A stretch of DNA of 64,000 bases from Balanoglossus misakiensis (Eukaryota; Animalia; Hemichordata). Numbering within the stretch: the stretch's first letter is position 1; the number at the start of each line of letters is the position of its first letter. The stretch is from NCBI GenBank assembly GCA_040954595.2, contig CM082598.2, positions 5,719,097 to 5,783,096 of the forward strand. The letters run 5' to 3'. This document shows, piece after piece, positions 36,321 through 48,800 of this stretch. The notes beneath the pieces are model-generated. The model did not search any database and was not told where the DNA came from. It saw only the letters and a program-made list of their open reading frames with translations. Made by a program: the position numbers and the translations under genes.

Positions 36321-37368
36321 CGTCTTACATTGTATAGAACATGTTTTTTTTAAATTGAATAACTCTTAAGTAGCTAGGCTGGTTTTATTCATGAAATGGT
36401 TTCACTTGAAAAAGAGAGATGGATGCAATGCACTCTGTTTCCCGACCGTGTGTGGAAGGGACTGTGACCGGACTCATCACAAAAATGTCAACAGTCGACT
36501 ACCTATGGGCTTCATTATGTGTAGGAAACGCCTAGGCATCGACGCTACCCGAAACCACAAGCTCAGTCCCAAATTCGAAACTCACCTCACTACCAAAAAC
36601 ACGCTCAAGGCAAGCATGCACGCAAAAAGTATTGCAATTATTTATTAAGACAAAAAACCACAGAAAACACAAAAAGTATTGAGATTTAAAAATCGCCAAG
36701 CGACTAGTGGGCTAGTCTACTAATACCTGTACACTCTGCAATTGCTGAATTTTTACAAAAAGAAAGAAACAATAATCGAACTGACTTTGTTATATAACGC
36801 TTTGTGTAAATTGGTACTTTAGAGTTGAGTTGATATGCCGAATTGATGCAGAATCTAACGGGAAATGGGATGGGAGTACCTCAGGCTACCATGACTACAG
36901 TAGGCCTAAAACACTTTATTTTCGCGAGTTGAAATTTGCGCGATATCGAGAGAGGCAACTGTTTTAATTCGCGAGTTTTAATATGTCAATACATAGGTCG
37001 CCCTAGATTTCAGCTCCTAAAGTCAGGGGGTCCAACACATTTCAGTTCGTTCTACACTAAAGGAGTTCGTTCCAGAGTGGGGTCCAGCCTGGACTACAGG
37101 TCTTGTCCAGTATATCCACGGCCGATCCTTTTTGAAATAAAGTCATATCATTGGCGTTAAAACCCACTGTACCCGTGTTTCCGTCTCTTCATCAACCGAC
37201 ATCCCGACCAGACTCTACGCATGTGTCCCACCAATTATTGGGAGACATGACGCAGGCGTGAAATGTGAGGAATAGGCCTACATGAGAAGAAGGCCAGCAG
37301 GAGTCGGCCAATAGGAGTAATCGGACAGTTCTTGAACTTCGGTATGCATTGTTACTGAGGAAATACTT

Positions 37369-37682
37369 AAGCAATAAAACACCCCCAGCCATGGTATACC
37401 ACGAGATTTTGACCAGTTCACGACATATACGCACGAGCGATAGCGAGTGCGTATATGGAGTTGAACTGGTCAAAATCGAGTGGTATACCATGGCTGGGGG
37501 TGTTTTATTGCTATTATATTATGCCAGTATATTGAAACTTTGCATAAAACATTTTAAAAAGGCATTTTCTTTGACTATGATATATGACTGTGGTATATGG
37601 CTAATATATCACGGTCACGTGTCGTGTATCGACCATTCAAATAGCGTTATTTACACCATCAATATACTGGTATAATATAATT
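37369..37682. mobile_element. ~314-bp palindromic insertion without clear TSD (Crypton-like non-autonomous element), unit 2 only
   Basis: Long hairpin agcaataaaacacccccagccatggtatacc...ggtataccatggctgggggtgttttattgct; empty site ggaaatacttgcc at ~13985. Confidence 0.65.
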
Positions 37683-38582
37683 GCCATTTGGGGACAATTT
37701 TCTCCCCAAAATCGGCATGATCGGTACATAATGTTACACACACACTGTGTGCGTGCATCCCAGCTAACTCGGTGTGAAAAAATTGTTGATTCTTCAGTAG
37801 ATATTTTTTCATTATCTACGTTATAATAAATTGCTATCAAATACAAGTTTGAAATATTTCCATACAAAATTCATGTTTCCGAATAAAACTTTTGCAGTGT
37901 TCGTCTATTAAAATATGAAAAGACGTTTTACTTTTACAGTTTTACTTCCCAGTACTAGTCTGTTCCCCCTGTCAATTTCTACTGATGTTTCAATGCGCTG
38001 ATGCGATTTACTGTGGAGACAAAACGTGAAAAAATCGGTGTGAAAAATGGAATTCGACATTTCCATCTTTTGTGGGGTCGGCAGTATAATCTAATCATGG
38101 CCACACCCGTCTACTGTTTGCTGTGACATAAATTCAACACGCGGCGTGCCCAGTACATTTCACAAGTTTTTTTTCCAATTAGAGAGCCTCGTCCGTGACA
38201 ACACGCGCACGCGCGCGTGTTTATGTTGACAAGACACGTACTACTAGTATTTCCTTGTGTACAGCTTTGCCATGGAAACCGACAGCTTCTGTCACATTGA
38301 ACAATGCTGTCAGTATTTTTAACCTGAACAAGAACGACGGTTTCTTGTTCTACTCTTATAGCTTTACGAAATGTTCAGTCTTTTACCTTTTCAACAAAGC
38401 CTGTATATGAGCTGCAAATTAAAAGTATTTTGCTTGTCAACAAAAAACATGTATACCTGTAAAGGCAGTTGTTTTGTCTGACATTTTGGATTTTAATCCG
38501 GACTGGAATCCAATAGTTAACAACAACAACAACATACTTCAAGCTTTCCACTATAAATATAGTTCTTTTTATTATTTTTCAG

Positions 38583-39936
38583 CTATCAAAATCGATACTC
38601 TCCAGTTTGAAGCTGGCTACACCATCGACACAGACACCCCCGTGAACATTTCATTTTGGGTCGTACTTTCCAACAGCAAAAACCAAGAAGAAACTGTGAC
38701 CGAATCTGACGCGAGTGCCTTCCTGTCTGTCAATAACTCGCGATCCACCACGACTGTTTTCTCGGTCGTTTTCCCGGGCGGTGATGTGACTCTGCCCGCC
38801 AAGGGCTCGGAGAACATCACGGGGGTGGCAACGTACGTGATAGCCGACGTCACAGCAAACTGTACAGTTTATGAACAACTGTGCCTGCAAGTTGAGAACG
38901 ACGTAGAGTGTGACGACGACCGGCAGAAGATTGTGTGCCCCCTGACCACTCCGGAAACCATCACCACCCCTAGCGAGTTTTATCCTTTTTGAACAAAAAT
39001 CGAGCTTGTGGTCTTGTTTGAGATTATTTTTTTTAAATGACGCTGAAAAAATATAACTTGATGCAAAATTGTGGTTTGTTTGGAACGTCAACTCTGATGC
39101 GTACATCAAGACACGATTTTCTTTTCTATATATAAAGAAAGCTGATATATTCCATACAGTGTAACGTAAGGAACATCCAGAATTATTCAGGTTGAAAATG
39201 GACAATTGCGCATGCGTTATACGATTTCGGATTTTAATTCATCTGTCAATCATAGTAATCTGTTTGCACTGCGCATGTGTTGAGATGCAGCACGTTTTTT
39301 GAAGAGGGGTCAATGAATAGATGACTTTCCACTCGTTGTGAGATCTCACGTGACTTGGTTCATTACCGTGGCAACGGGTTGCTAGCTAAGTTATACAAGT
39401 TAAGCTTTGTATGAAACTAGAATAGCTGCAGAGTACAGTTGAACAAAAATTGTAACTTTTGAGCCGTTTAACATGTTGTAACCTGTTTCACGTGAAAATG
39501 TTCTTTCATACATGATATCTACCCACGCGAGATCTCGTAGGGTCTCGTGGAGTTCGAAAATGGTCTATTGTGGTTAATGTACTGGGTGACCTGAAGTCCC
39601 TCGGCCCACTATATCCTCGTGCACTCCACCCATTCCTCAATAATATAAACCCTTTACAAATAAGTCTAGAAATTGTAGACAGCATCACGTTAACGGATCA
39701 GCTAGTCTTTTATGAATGCGTATTGGTAAAGTGACCCCCCCCCTCTAAAGGTCAATTCGTGCCCAGGTGTTTGTTTTCTTACTTTGGCGTGACGATAACA
39801 TATTATTCCTGTTCTTTTATTTCCTTCAGAACCAAGCAGCGCTGGCACTGCGCATGTGCATATTGGTGCTATTGTTGCCATGGTGATATCACTTCTAGTG
39901 GTTGGCATCAACGGTGACGTGAAGTGGACGATGTAA
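38583..39936 (+). pseudogene. Two 3' exons of a probable secreted GPI-anchored/membrane glycoprotein, inside a 2.3-kb segment (38521-40788) absent from unit 1
   Basis: Acceptor at 38581-82; GC-richer ORF with NIS/NNS/NIT/NCT sequons, 4 Cys and a Thr/Pro stalk; GC donor gcgagt after 38972; exon 39830-39936 PSSAGTAHVHIGAIVAMVISLLVVGINGDVKWTM*; no 5' exon found. Confidence 0.55.
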
Positions 39937-41814
39937 CAAACAAGCGTCTACAGTTCTGGATTGGAATTTATATAATTAGGTGTTTCACAAATCTTCAATA
40001 TTTCTTTATACACACAATCCAGAAAACCTGAACCGCACATAAGTACTGTAATATAATTGCTGTACCAAAAACAATGTTACCCAAGCGAACTCTCTCATTT
40101 TCGTACCCATGGACGATTGTTCAAAAACGTCACGGAGAAAAGAACGACATATTTGTGTACTCTTTTTATGGAACCCGATTAAATGGGTGTGGCACCTGTT
40201 TAATATATCACTTGTTCAAATTGCAACATACAGCCAGAATCAGGCGTTGATAAGATGGCCATGCATATATATATATATCAGTAAGCTTATTTAGATGGAC
40301 CAATCTAAATGGAAAGTAAAATCATGAAAATAATGCAAACATTGGCAGCTCTGGGCTTTTTGTCCAAATTTTCGTTCAGAGAATAGTCGTTGGTTCATGG
40401 CTCTACATCGATGCCGGTTCTGGCGTTTTCTGTTTGATTGACACAACTAGTCCGCCCCCCCCCCCCCGGGGCAGTTGTGTTATGGATAGGATAGGGTCAG
40501 TCGGTTTGAATAGACCCCCCCCTCCCAAGGCTAGGTAAGAGCTGGGAGAGGACACTCTACCGACCGACCCTAACCCCTCTACAATTATTGCCGCTAATCG
40601 GATTCAAAGGATTAGTCAGTCCATCCTCTCCTCTTTGTCTCGTACTTTTCGTCGGTCGGTTAGGAAAGCGAAATTTAGATAGAGGACACACGACGAACTC
40701 GGTACGAGGGAAAAAAAAAACAATCACAAAACTAAAGGCTATACCGCTGCGTAACATCTACATAAATGCCCAGTTTTCGTTATTACAGTGACTGTATTTC
40801 GATATATATATATTTCGTTTACATAAACAGATATTTCGCCAGATTTGTACACGTTTTTTCTACCTTGAAACATTTCTTTTCACAGTAAGGCTATCGATTG
40901 TATGCAAAATCAGAATTGTCAATGAAGGTTGTTTGTGTGTGATTGTTTTTATGGCAATAAAGGCTACTTTAGTGATTGTACGTTTGAAGGCTGTGTACGT
41001 TTTATAGTGTGGTTGTATAGTAGTAGTAATAGCTAAATTCGGAGCCCCTGCCACAAGATGTTTGAGATTTCGGTCTCAGCGAGCATCAATCGATGGAACT
41101 TTGGATATCATAAAGGACAAAATTGCGAGGTGGATAAAACGGGGAAAACCAAGACACAGTTTGCTTATTACTTTAGGCTACTGCTTTGAGTACTGGACCT
41201 ATACTCTTGATGTGACTTTTACGTTTTGATGGTACAGATTTACTCTTTTGACTTTAAGCTCTGGAACTGCCCCGCATGTATTGAATGTGTGTACTCTTCC
41301 AGAACAAAACTGTGGCCTTAGGCCTACGTCTTGGCAATTTATTGGTAGGCCTACATGTTTTGATTCTAGAACAGTTCACCATTATATACGCATTGAAGTT
41401 GTGCACTCTAAGTCATCCTGGAACAAAAAAATTGAATTTTGTCTGGTACAAAAGAGTGTTGTTGTATTGTTGAATGGTGTATGATGTCATAACAATAAAT
41501 CACCAAGATATTAGGTCACTCAGAGGTCACTGTACAGGTATACCGCAGAAAATGACCGCAGACATTACTGACTTCACCGCTGGCGGCGCCCTAAAACATC
41601 CATTTCAAGCGATTTTGTGCTATTTTCGTTTCGCCACATTAGAACTTCTTCCATTTTCTTCAGAACTATGATCAACGAAAAACTAACGAGACTGAGCTGT
41701 AAGAGCAAATATGGTGTCCTATATTATTTTCTCATATGACCACAGAAGAATGCACGTGAGCTATCAATGTCGTCCGATGACACTTTGTAGTTCCTATCCA
41801 TCTACTACAAATCG

Positions 41815-44371
41815 CGCCATTGGCTAACATTCGCGCGTGTTGATCAAGAAATGTTTATTATCCAATCAACGCTTGTGTTACATAACACTTCCGGATTAGC
41901 AGTGTGGGATGGATTTTGGAAGGATAGAAATCAGCCAGGATGTGTCTATCCTACATTTTCGTAGTTTTTGATAAAAAATCAGCACAATACACCCGTGCGC
42001 TGGATATCACTTAACACCAGGAATTATTTGTGTGCCTTTATTGACATTTTTGGAACTTGGACTTGTGACACGCCACACCACACTTGGATTTGTTGGATGG
42101 AGAAGATTCGCTGGATTTCTACAACTAAAAGAACCTAGAACAGAAAGCAGGTAAGATTCTCTGGACTGGCTGGGACAACTGGCCTTTTACCTGCGCTGTA
42201 ATTGCACGTGCGCCCACCAAAACTTTCTAAAACTGTGAAGTTAATGTAGAGTAAGATTCTGACGTGAAACTGTCGTCGGTTGCTCAACTAGTATTGGCGG
42301 AATCTTGCAAAATGTAAGTCAAACGACTCTTCTGTACATTTTTGTCTCACTGTGCACGTGACCACCACAGCACGTCTAGAAAACTGAGATTGCAATCGAC
42401 TTAAAAGGAACTACAAAATCCCTGTAAGGTGTAATTATAGTGTGATGTCTAATGTACTAGAATGGGATTCAAATAAAACTGAAGACGCGTTGCCCGTGCG
42501 TCTGTTTGTCACAAAAGTTTACTCAAAATTTGCATGAAATATACAAACAAGAAAACAAACCTGCGTGGTGGGCGCGGGCCTAGCCTAGCAACGCGTTATC
42601 AAACGGCGATTTCACTGCATTAAAATATCAAAACTTACCGAAATGTAGCGGAAAGGGCTTGATATATATGTATTCTAAGATACGGTGCGTGAAAATTTAA
42701 AGTTTCGAAAGGCAAACTTCGCGTAACGGCAAGTTTTCGGTGGCAAATGATTGTACTGGTCAATTTCCTAAACGGTGAAGTCAACGAATGTGTAGTGACG
42801 GTTTTCGCATTGGACGTATGAACCCGGAGTGACGATTTCAATCCACCGGATGCGTGAAAGTGTTTTTTACGAGAACAGCTGTTGTTTCCATCTAATATTC
42901 TTTCCACTTGATTAATGATATTTAAGAGAGGATGAGGGCGATCTTTGTACTTTAATATAAGGGTGTTTTAGCAGTGTTGGCCACAGATGCTTTCATTAAA
43001 AATTGTATGCTTGGATCAACAGTAAATGTTATCAGGGTTACCTAGACATTTTGCCAGATTTCTCCTTGATATAGCAATGCATTTCTAATAGATGTATAGC
43101 AGAAATTAATGTTCCTAAATTATAGTGTTCCCAAACTAAGCAAAAACATTGAAATTATATTTCAGAGGCCGGCAACTGCATGGTAAACTGTAGTGATAGT
43201 AATAAATCCTTTAACAAGTGAAAGAGACATGCAGCAACGATTGCAAGCAACAAGACATGCTCTCTCAAGACAAGACTGGCACACTTTCCCTAAAAGGTAA
43301 TAACAAACTTTTTTTGTTATCCTTTGATCTCACTACAACAAGATTACAGTAAGGGAATTCAAAACATACTTTGGAATACATAGTTTTTATATTAAGATTT
43401 ATCATTGTTATTAATGAATGACATTGATTTGGATGTCTATGTGCACCTGTATTCATGTCCCCCCCCCCCCCCCCCGCCCAATATATTTGAACAAAGTGGC
43501 CACATGAGGGCAGTATTCACTCCAAGATTTACTGTACACTGTTTTCTTTGACCAATAGTAACTGTTAGTTGTGCACCATACTTCTGTAAATCCACACTGT
43601 TAATTCATTCATGTGAATAAAGAATAATGCATGAATTTTGCCAGAGAAGAATATTGTGATACACAGTCACTATGAGTCATTTTAAGCCACACTGACAATT
43701 GAACAACTGTGGAAATTAATTGCTCTACCAAACACAGTTATCGCAAGCCATTTTCGATGATTCTAGGCCACATTGACAAGCTACCAGTAATGACTATTAA
43801 AATTATTTTCAACTGTGATTTCAATAAATATTTCTTTTGTTCACAGGGTTGAGATGCTATCTGGAGGAGTTTTTGCTTCAGTAAACTCCGGCAAAGTTGT
43901 GGTGTTGTAAAGTTACCCTGGGATTTACACCACTTCTCAGTGATGCCACTGTCTGATTCTGCATGTTTGAAAATCTGGCTGTTGAACCAGAACTTAAAGC
44001 TGTCCTGATCTGTTTGGTGTCTGAAGATCTGGAATGGAGTCTGCTTGTCTGCAGGACATATATGAAAGTAAGTCCAAGCTATTTACTGTAGATGAGTTTT
44101 CTTTAATTTGTAAGTTCCTCAGATGCAAAATGGAAATGCAGTTCCATGACCGCTGTCTCTGTGTGACATCATCCTACATTTGACAAGTAGATGCAGATTG
44201 TAGGATTTTTTTTAGTGTATAGAACAGCTATACAGTATTTCCTAATATCAGTTACTTATTGACTTTTTTAACAGATCCAGTCTTCAATATCACATGATCA
44301 GGCAGACAACGCCATAAGGAACCAAGCAAGCAAGCAAGCAACAACTGGACTCAAGACCTGTGCAAAGAGAC
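41815..44371 (+). promoter_or_regulatory. Putative promoter and non-coding 5' exons of ROCO copy 3
   Basis: Paralog of 15840-18610; candidate exons ..-42150, 43166-43296, 43847-44067, 44275-44371. Confidence 0.4.
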
Positions 44372-44476
44372 GTGAGTGAGTGAGTGGGTGCTCGTATATT
44401 AGAAGGTGAGTCAGTCAGCCTTGTCAACTAATGAGTTGATCACTGAATGGAGTTAAAAAATGCAAATAAGTATGAC

Positions 44477-44877
44477 TAATAGAATCTCACACTCTTAAGG
44501 ACCTGGGATCATATTTCTCACACGAGTTGGGGATTTTCTGTCCCACACGAGCCGCAGAATATCCCCGATGAGTGTGAGAAATATGATCCCAGGTCCTTGG
44601 TGTGTGAGATTATATTTCTCACACGGTCACAAATTAGCCAAATTCGTTAAAAAACATTGAATAAATGACTCTGGAACTGTCGTCTGGGCATGTTGTAGTC
44701 TCTGTCCCCGTAATACACATCGCGCCATTGGATAACATTTAGTGCGAGTTTGCAAAAGAACGCTTTGTCAACCAATCAGCGCTCGCGTCATATACAGCTT
44801 TCGATTCAGTGAGAGTGTGAGAACAATTTGTTCTCACACTCTGTTCTCACACTCCCAGCGTGCCAGGAGTGTGAGAA
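44477..44877. mobile_element. ~400-bp palindromic insertion without TSD (Crypton-like), unit 2 only
   Basis: aaggacctgggatcatatttctcacac / gtgtgagaaatatgatcccaggtcctt inverted pair; empty site tgacatcgaattc at ~18711. Confidence 0.65.
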
Positions 44878-45879
44878 ATCGAATTCTCTACATCAGGTAC
44901 ATAACTTGTGTAACGTACGTGACAGAAGTTGTGCGTCATGACTAGTCTATTGACCAGAATGTGTAACTGTCCTGGACGTATGTGACACCCTTACTGTTAT
45001 TCACAAATTTAAGTTTTATGGTTTTTGGGAATAATCTTTGGGATGTTCCAGCTGTACATTGTTTTTCCTTAGAGCAAACTAAAACTGCCTACATTTGTAT
45101 ATGACATGTTCCACTTGAAGTGGCGGTACCTGATCAACCGTACCTTGTTGCCTCTTGGTACCAAACAAATAAAAACCAAGCAACAAAAAACTTTTAAGTT
45201 TAAGCTCCCTCGTACCTTAGTGTAGCTTTGCATGTACCAGCTAGCTGCAGTTACTATTAGCAACAATGTTGTTTTGCAATATGACTTCAGTTAAGCATGA
45301 TTTATTAACTTTAAGTTTGTTGAAGTAGGTAGTGGGTGCACATTAATCAATGATGCGTGGCCGCTTTGGTCCAAAACAAACATGGTCACCCCATTTGCGT
45401 GCAAATTATCAAGAAGCAATGGTGTGCTTGGTCTGGGTATTGTCACCCCTTGGTACATTACACAGATAAAAAACAAGATACATGTAATTTCAAAGTTTAA
45501 TGCTCCCTTCTATCTCAGTGTAACTTTGTGCCAATATTGGAGACAATGTTGTTTGCAATGTCTTATCAGTTAAGATAGATGACTACTCAAAAGTTAGAAT
45601 ATTGTCCTGTCACCACCCTCCTGTAGCTGATCAATGTAAAATTTGAATGTCATGGGTTATTCAACAGGGGGTGAGCGATCGCATCACCGTGACTGTCCCT
45701 TGCTGATTGCATTTTGCGAGTCTTTGATAGAAAGTTGTCTGTTAGGTCTTGTGTTTGAAGTTTTTGAGACAGAGTTCTTAGATGGATTAACATTACATTG
45801 ATGATCACAATCAGTGACATAAGTTAAAGTTGGTGGGTTTTACAGCTTTTGGTGTGTTTTGGTGTGTTTCAGCTGCATG

Positions 45880-48800
45880 ATGGGAAATTTTTGTTGTAAG
45901 AAAGCCAGGGCTTCTCAGAAATATGAAGACCTATGGGTAAGTGACCTAGTTGAACTGAAGTTGCTGCTGTAGTGAAAAAGTAGTCTGTCTGTGAGAGGAA
46001 AATGTTAACATTAATCAGTCGCATCGATGACCCATATTAGGAGCTGCTTATTAGCATAAAAATTAACATATCATTAATATGTAGAACGCGATCTGACCAA
46101 TGACGCGCCCGGAAAGCCGCGCCTCCCACCCATTTCCCCGCCCTTTGTTAAGAAAATCACGACCTTTTCTTTTCAAATGTAAATTTTGGGGTCAAATACG
46201 CTGTTTGGGGATATCCCGTCAATTGAAAATAAGAAAGTACGAGTCAAACTTGCTACCGGGTTAATAAGAAAATTTTTCACCAGTGCTTTTGTGAAATATT
46301 TAATTTTGATTTTGGCGTCTACGCTATTTTTTGAGGAATTTGCCTGAAAGACAGCGTTATTAGACAGAGCATGTAGATTGAATGCATTCATCGAGAGCCA
46401 AGGTTTCTTAGTGACGGTGATCACCTGACTTGTCTACTAGCTGGTATATCACCGCGCACAGCAACCAAAGCAAAATAAAGCGACATGCACCCCCAAAAGA
46501 CATACATGTACTAGTATACTGTTAATAGACAGTTACATGTAAACAACGCCGTTGTCATAGGTCAAAGGGTACGATTGAGTCCCGTTTTTTTCCGTGACGA
46601 GTTTCAGTGTGATGCAAAATATTCAATTCAGTCGCATAAATAAAATCAATAGATAAATGTAATAACTGTCTACTGGTACTTGTCTTTTGAATGATGTATG
46701 GCCCTGAAGAAAGGTCGAGTGTTTTGGTTGCGGTGATACCAGTCAGGTGACCACCGTCACTTCATTTCATGCATCAGTCTGTCTAATACCAGGTCGCCAT
46801 CTTTCAGGCAAATTCCTCAAAAAATAGCGTAGACGCCAGAATCAAAATTAAATATTTCACAAAAGCACTGGTGAAAAATTTTCTTATTAACCCGGTAGCA
46901 AGTTTGACTCGTACTTTCTTATTTTCAATTGACGGGATATCCCCAAACAGCGTATTTGACCCCAAAATTTACATTTGAAAAGAAAAAGTCGTGATTTTCT
47001 TAATAAAGGGCGGGGAAATGGGTGAGAGGCGCGGCTTTCCGGGCGCGTCATTGGTCAGATCGCGTTCTACATATTAATGATATGTTAATTTTTATGCTAA
47101 TAAGCAACTCCTAATATGCGACTGTTAACAAGATTATGTATGACAATGAACTAATTGTGAAATGTACATGTACATCACAGTATTAGTTTATAGCTACAAT
47201 GATTGTAGCGGGTGCTGCTAGATTGACTGGTGTGTTTGCAGCCCTACCGCGCTACAAGGCCCTATGGGTAAATACCCAATCAACTTTCTGCAGTGGATCT
47301 GTTGTCAACTCAGTTACAGGGTTGAACACTGACACCTGGTAAACTTTGAAAACGGCAAGGTCGAATCCCCCAAATAAACACCTCTGACACCCACATTTTC
47401 CTGATTTTATTAAAATGCTGATAAATCCACTGATTCTTAGTTCAAACTTTATTTGAGCATATCCGCTACAATCATTGCAGCTATTGTTCATCATGACCAC
47501 AAGTTTATCGACGGACAAAACCCAAACCTTTGTGGAATGTTGTTGTTCTAATGGCATTTAAGTGGTTACCAGGGTTTTAAGCTTTTGGTGTGTTTTGGGG
47601 ATATTTCAGGTACACCCAACAGAGAGTGAATCTGATGAGGGAACAACGGCTTTGCAGGAATATAATGACCCACAGGTAAGTGACTTTAGGTGTTTCAGAA
47701 TAATATAAGTATAGTGAGATTATTCATGATGCTATTGTACTGTTTTTGATGGACAAAATACTTTGTGTTTTGGGGATATTTCAGGTACACCCAACAGACA
47801 GTGAATCTGATGAGGGAACAACGGCTTTGCAGGAATATAATGACCCACAGGTAAGTGACTTTAGGTGTTTCAGAATAATATAAGTATATATAGTGAGATT
47901 ATTCATGATGCTATTGTACTGTTTTTGATGGACAAAATACTTTGTGTTTTGGGGATATTTCAGGTACACCCAACAGACAGTGAATCTAATGAGGGAACAA
48001 TGGCTTGGCAGGAATATAATGACCCACAGGTAAGTGACTTTAGGTGTTTCAGAATAATATAAGTATAGTGAGATTATTCATGATGCTATTGTACTGTTTT
48101 TGATGGACAAAATACTTTGTGTTTTGGGGATATTTCAGGTACACCCAACAGACAGTGAATCTGATGAGGGAACAACGGCTTTGCAGGAATATAATGACCC
48201 ACAGGTAAGTGACTTTAGGTGTTTCAGAATAATATAAGTATAGTGAGATTATTCATGATGCTATTGTACTGTTTTTGATGGACAAAATACTTTGTGTTTT
48301 GGGGATATTTCAGGTACACCCAACAGACAGTGAATCTAATGAGGGAACAATGGCTTGGCAGGAATATAAAGACCCAGAGGTTAGTGACCGTTGAACTGAA
48401 GTTATGGGCAGCTAGGTTGCGCTAGAGGAAATATTGTCTGTCTGATTGAGAGGAAAACTTTAAATTGTAACACTCAAGTATGTGTTTCAGAATAATGTCT
48501 TTCAGTATGCTGAGATTATTTATCATTCCATTGCATTCTGTTTGTGAAGAGTAATCATGGCCTTACTTTACCCATTGTATGATGTCATCTTTTTTTTATC
48601 CACGGTGATATCGCAGTTTAATTGTTTTCACAATTTTTCATCATTGAAGATTTCCATGTTTTCCTATAATATTACTGCTGTTTATGATTTCATATGGAGA
48701 ATATATTGATAAAACAAGTGTTGCCTGTTGATTGTTACAGGTTCTCATCAATGCTGCAGGGGATGGTGACATTGCAAAAATCCAGTCGCTGATAGCTGAT

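Larger units (their letters stand above)
21079..48550. repeat. Segmental tandem duplication, unit 2
   Basis: Colinear with 1-21078, plus longer arrays and insertions. Confidence 0.95.
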
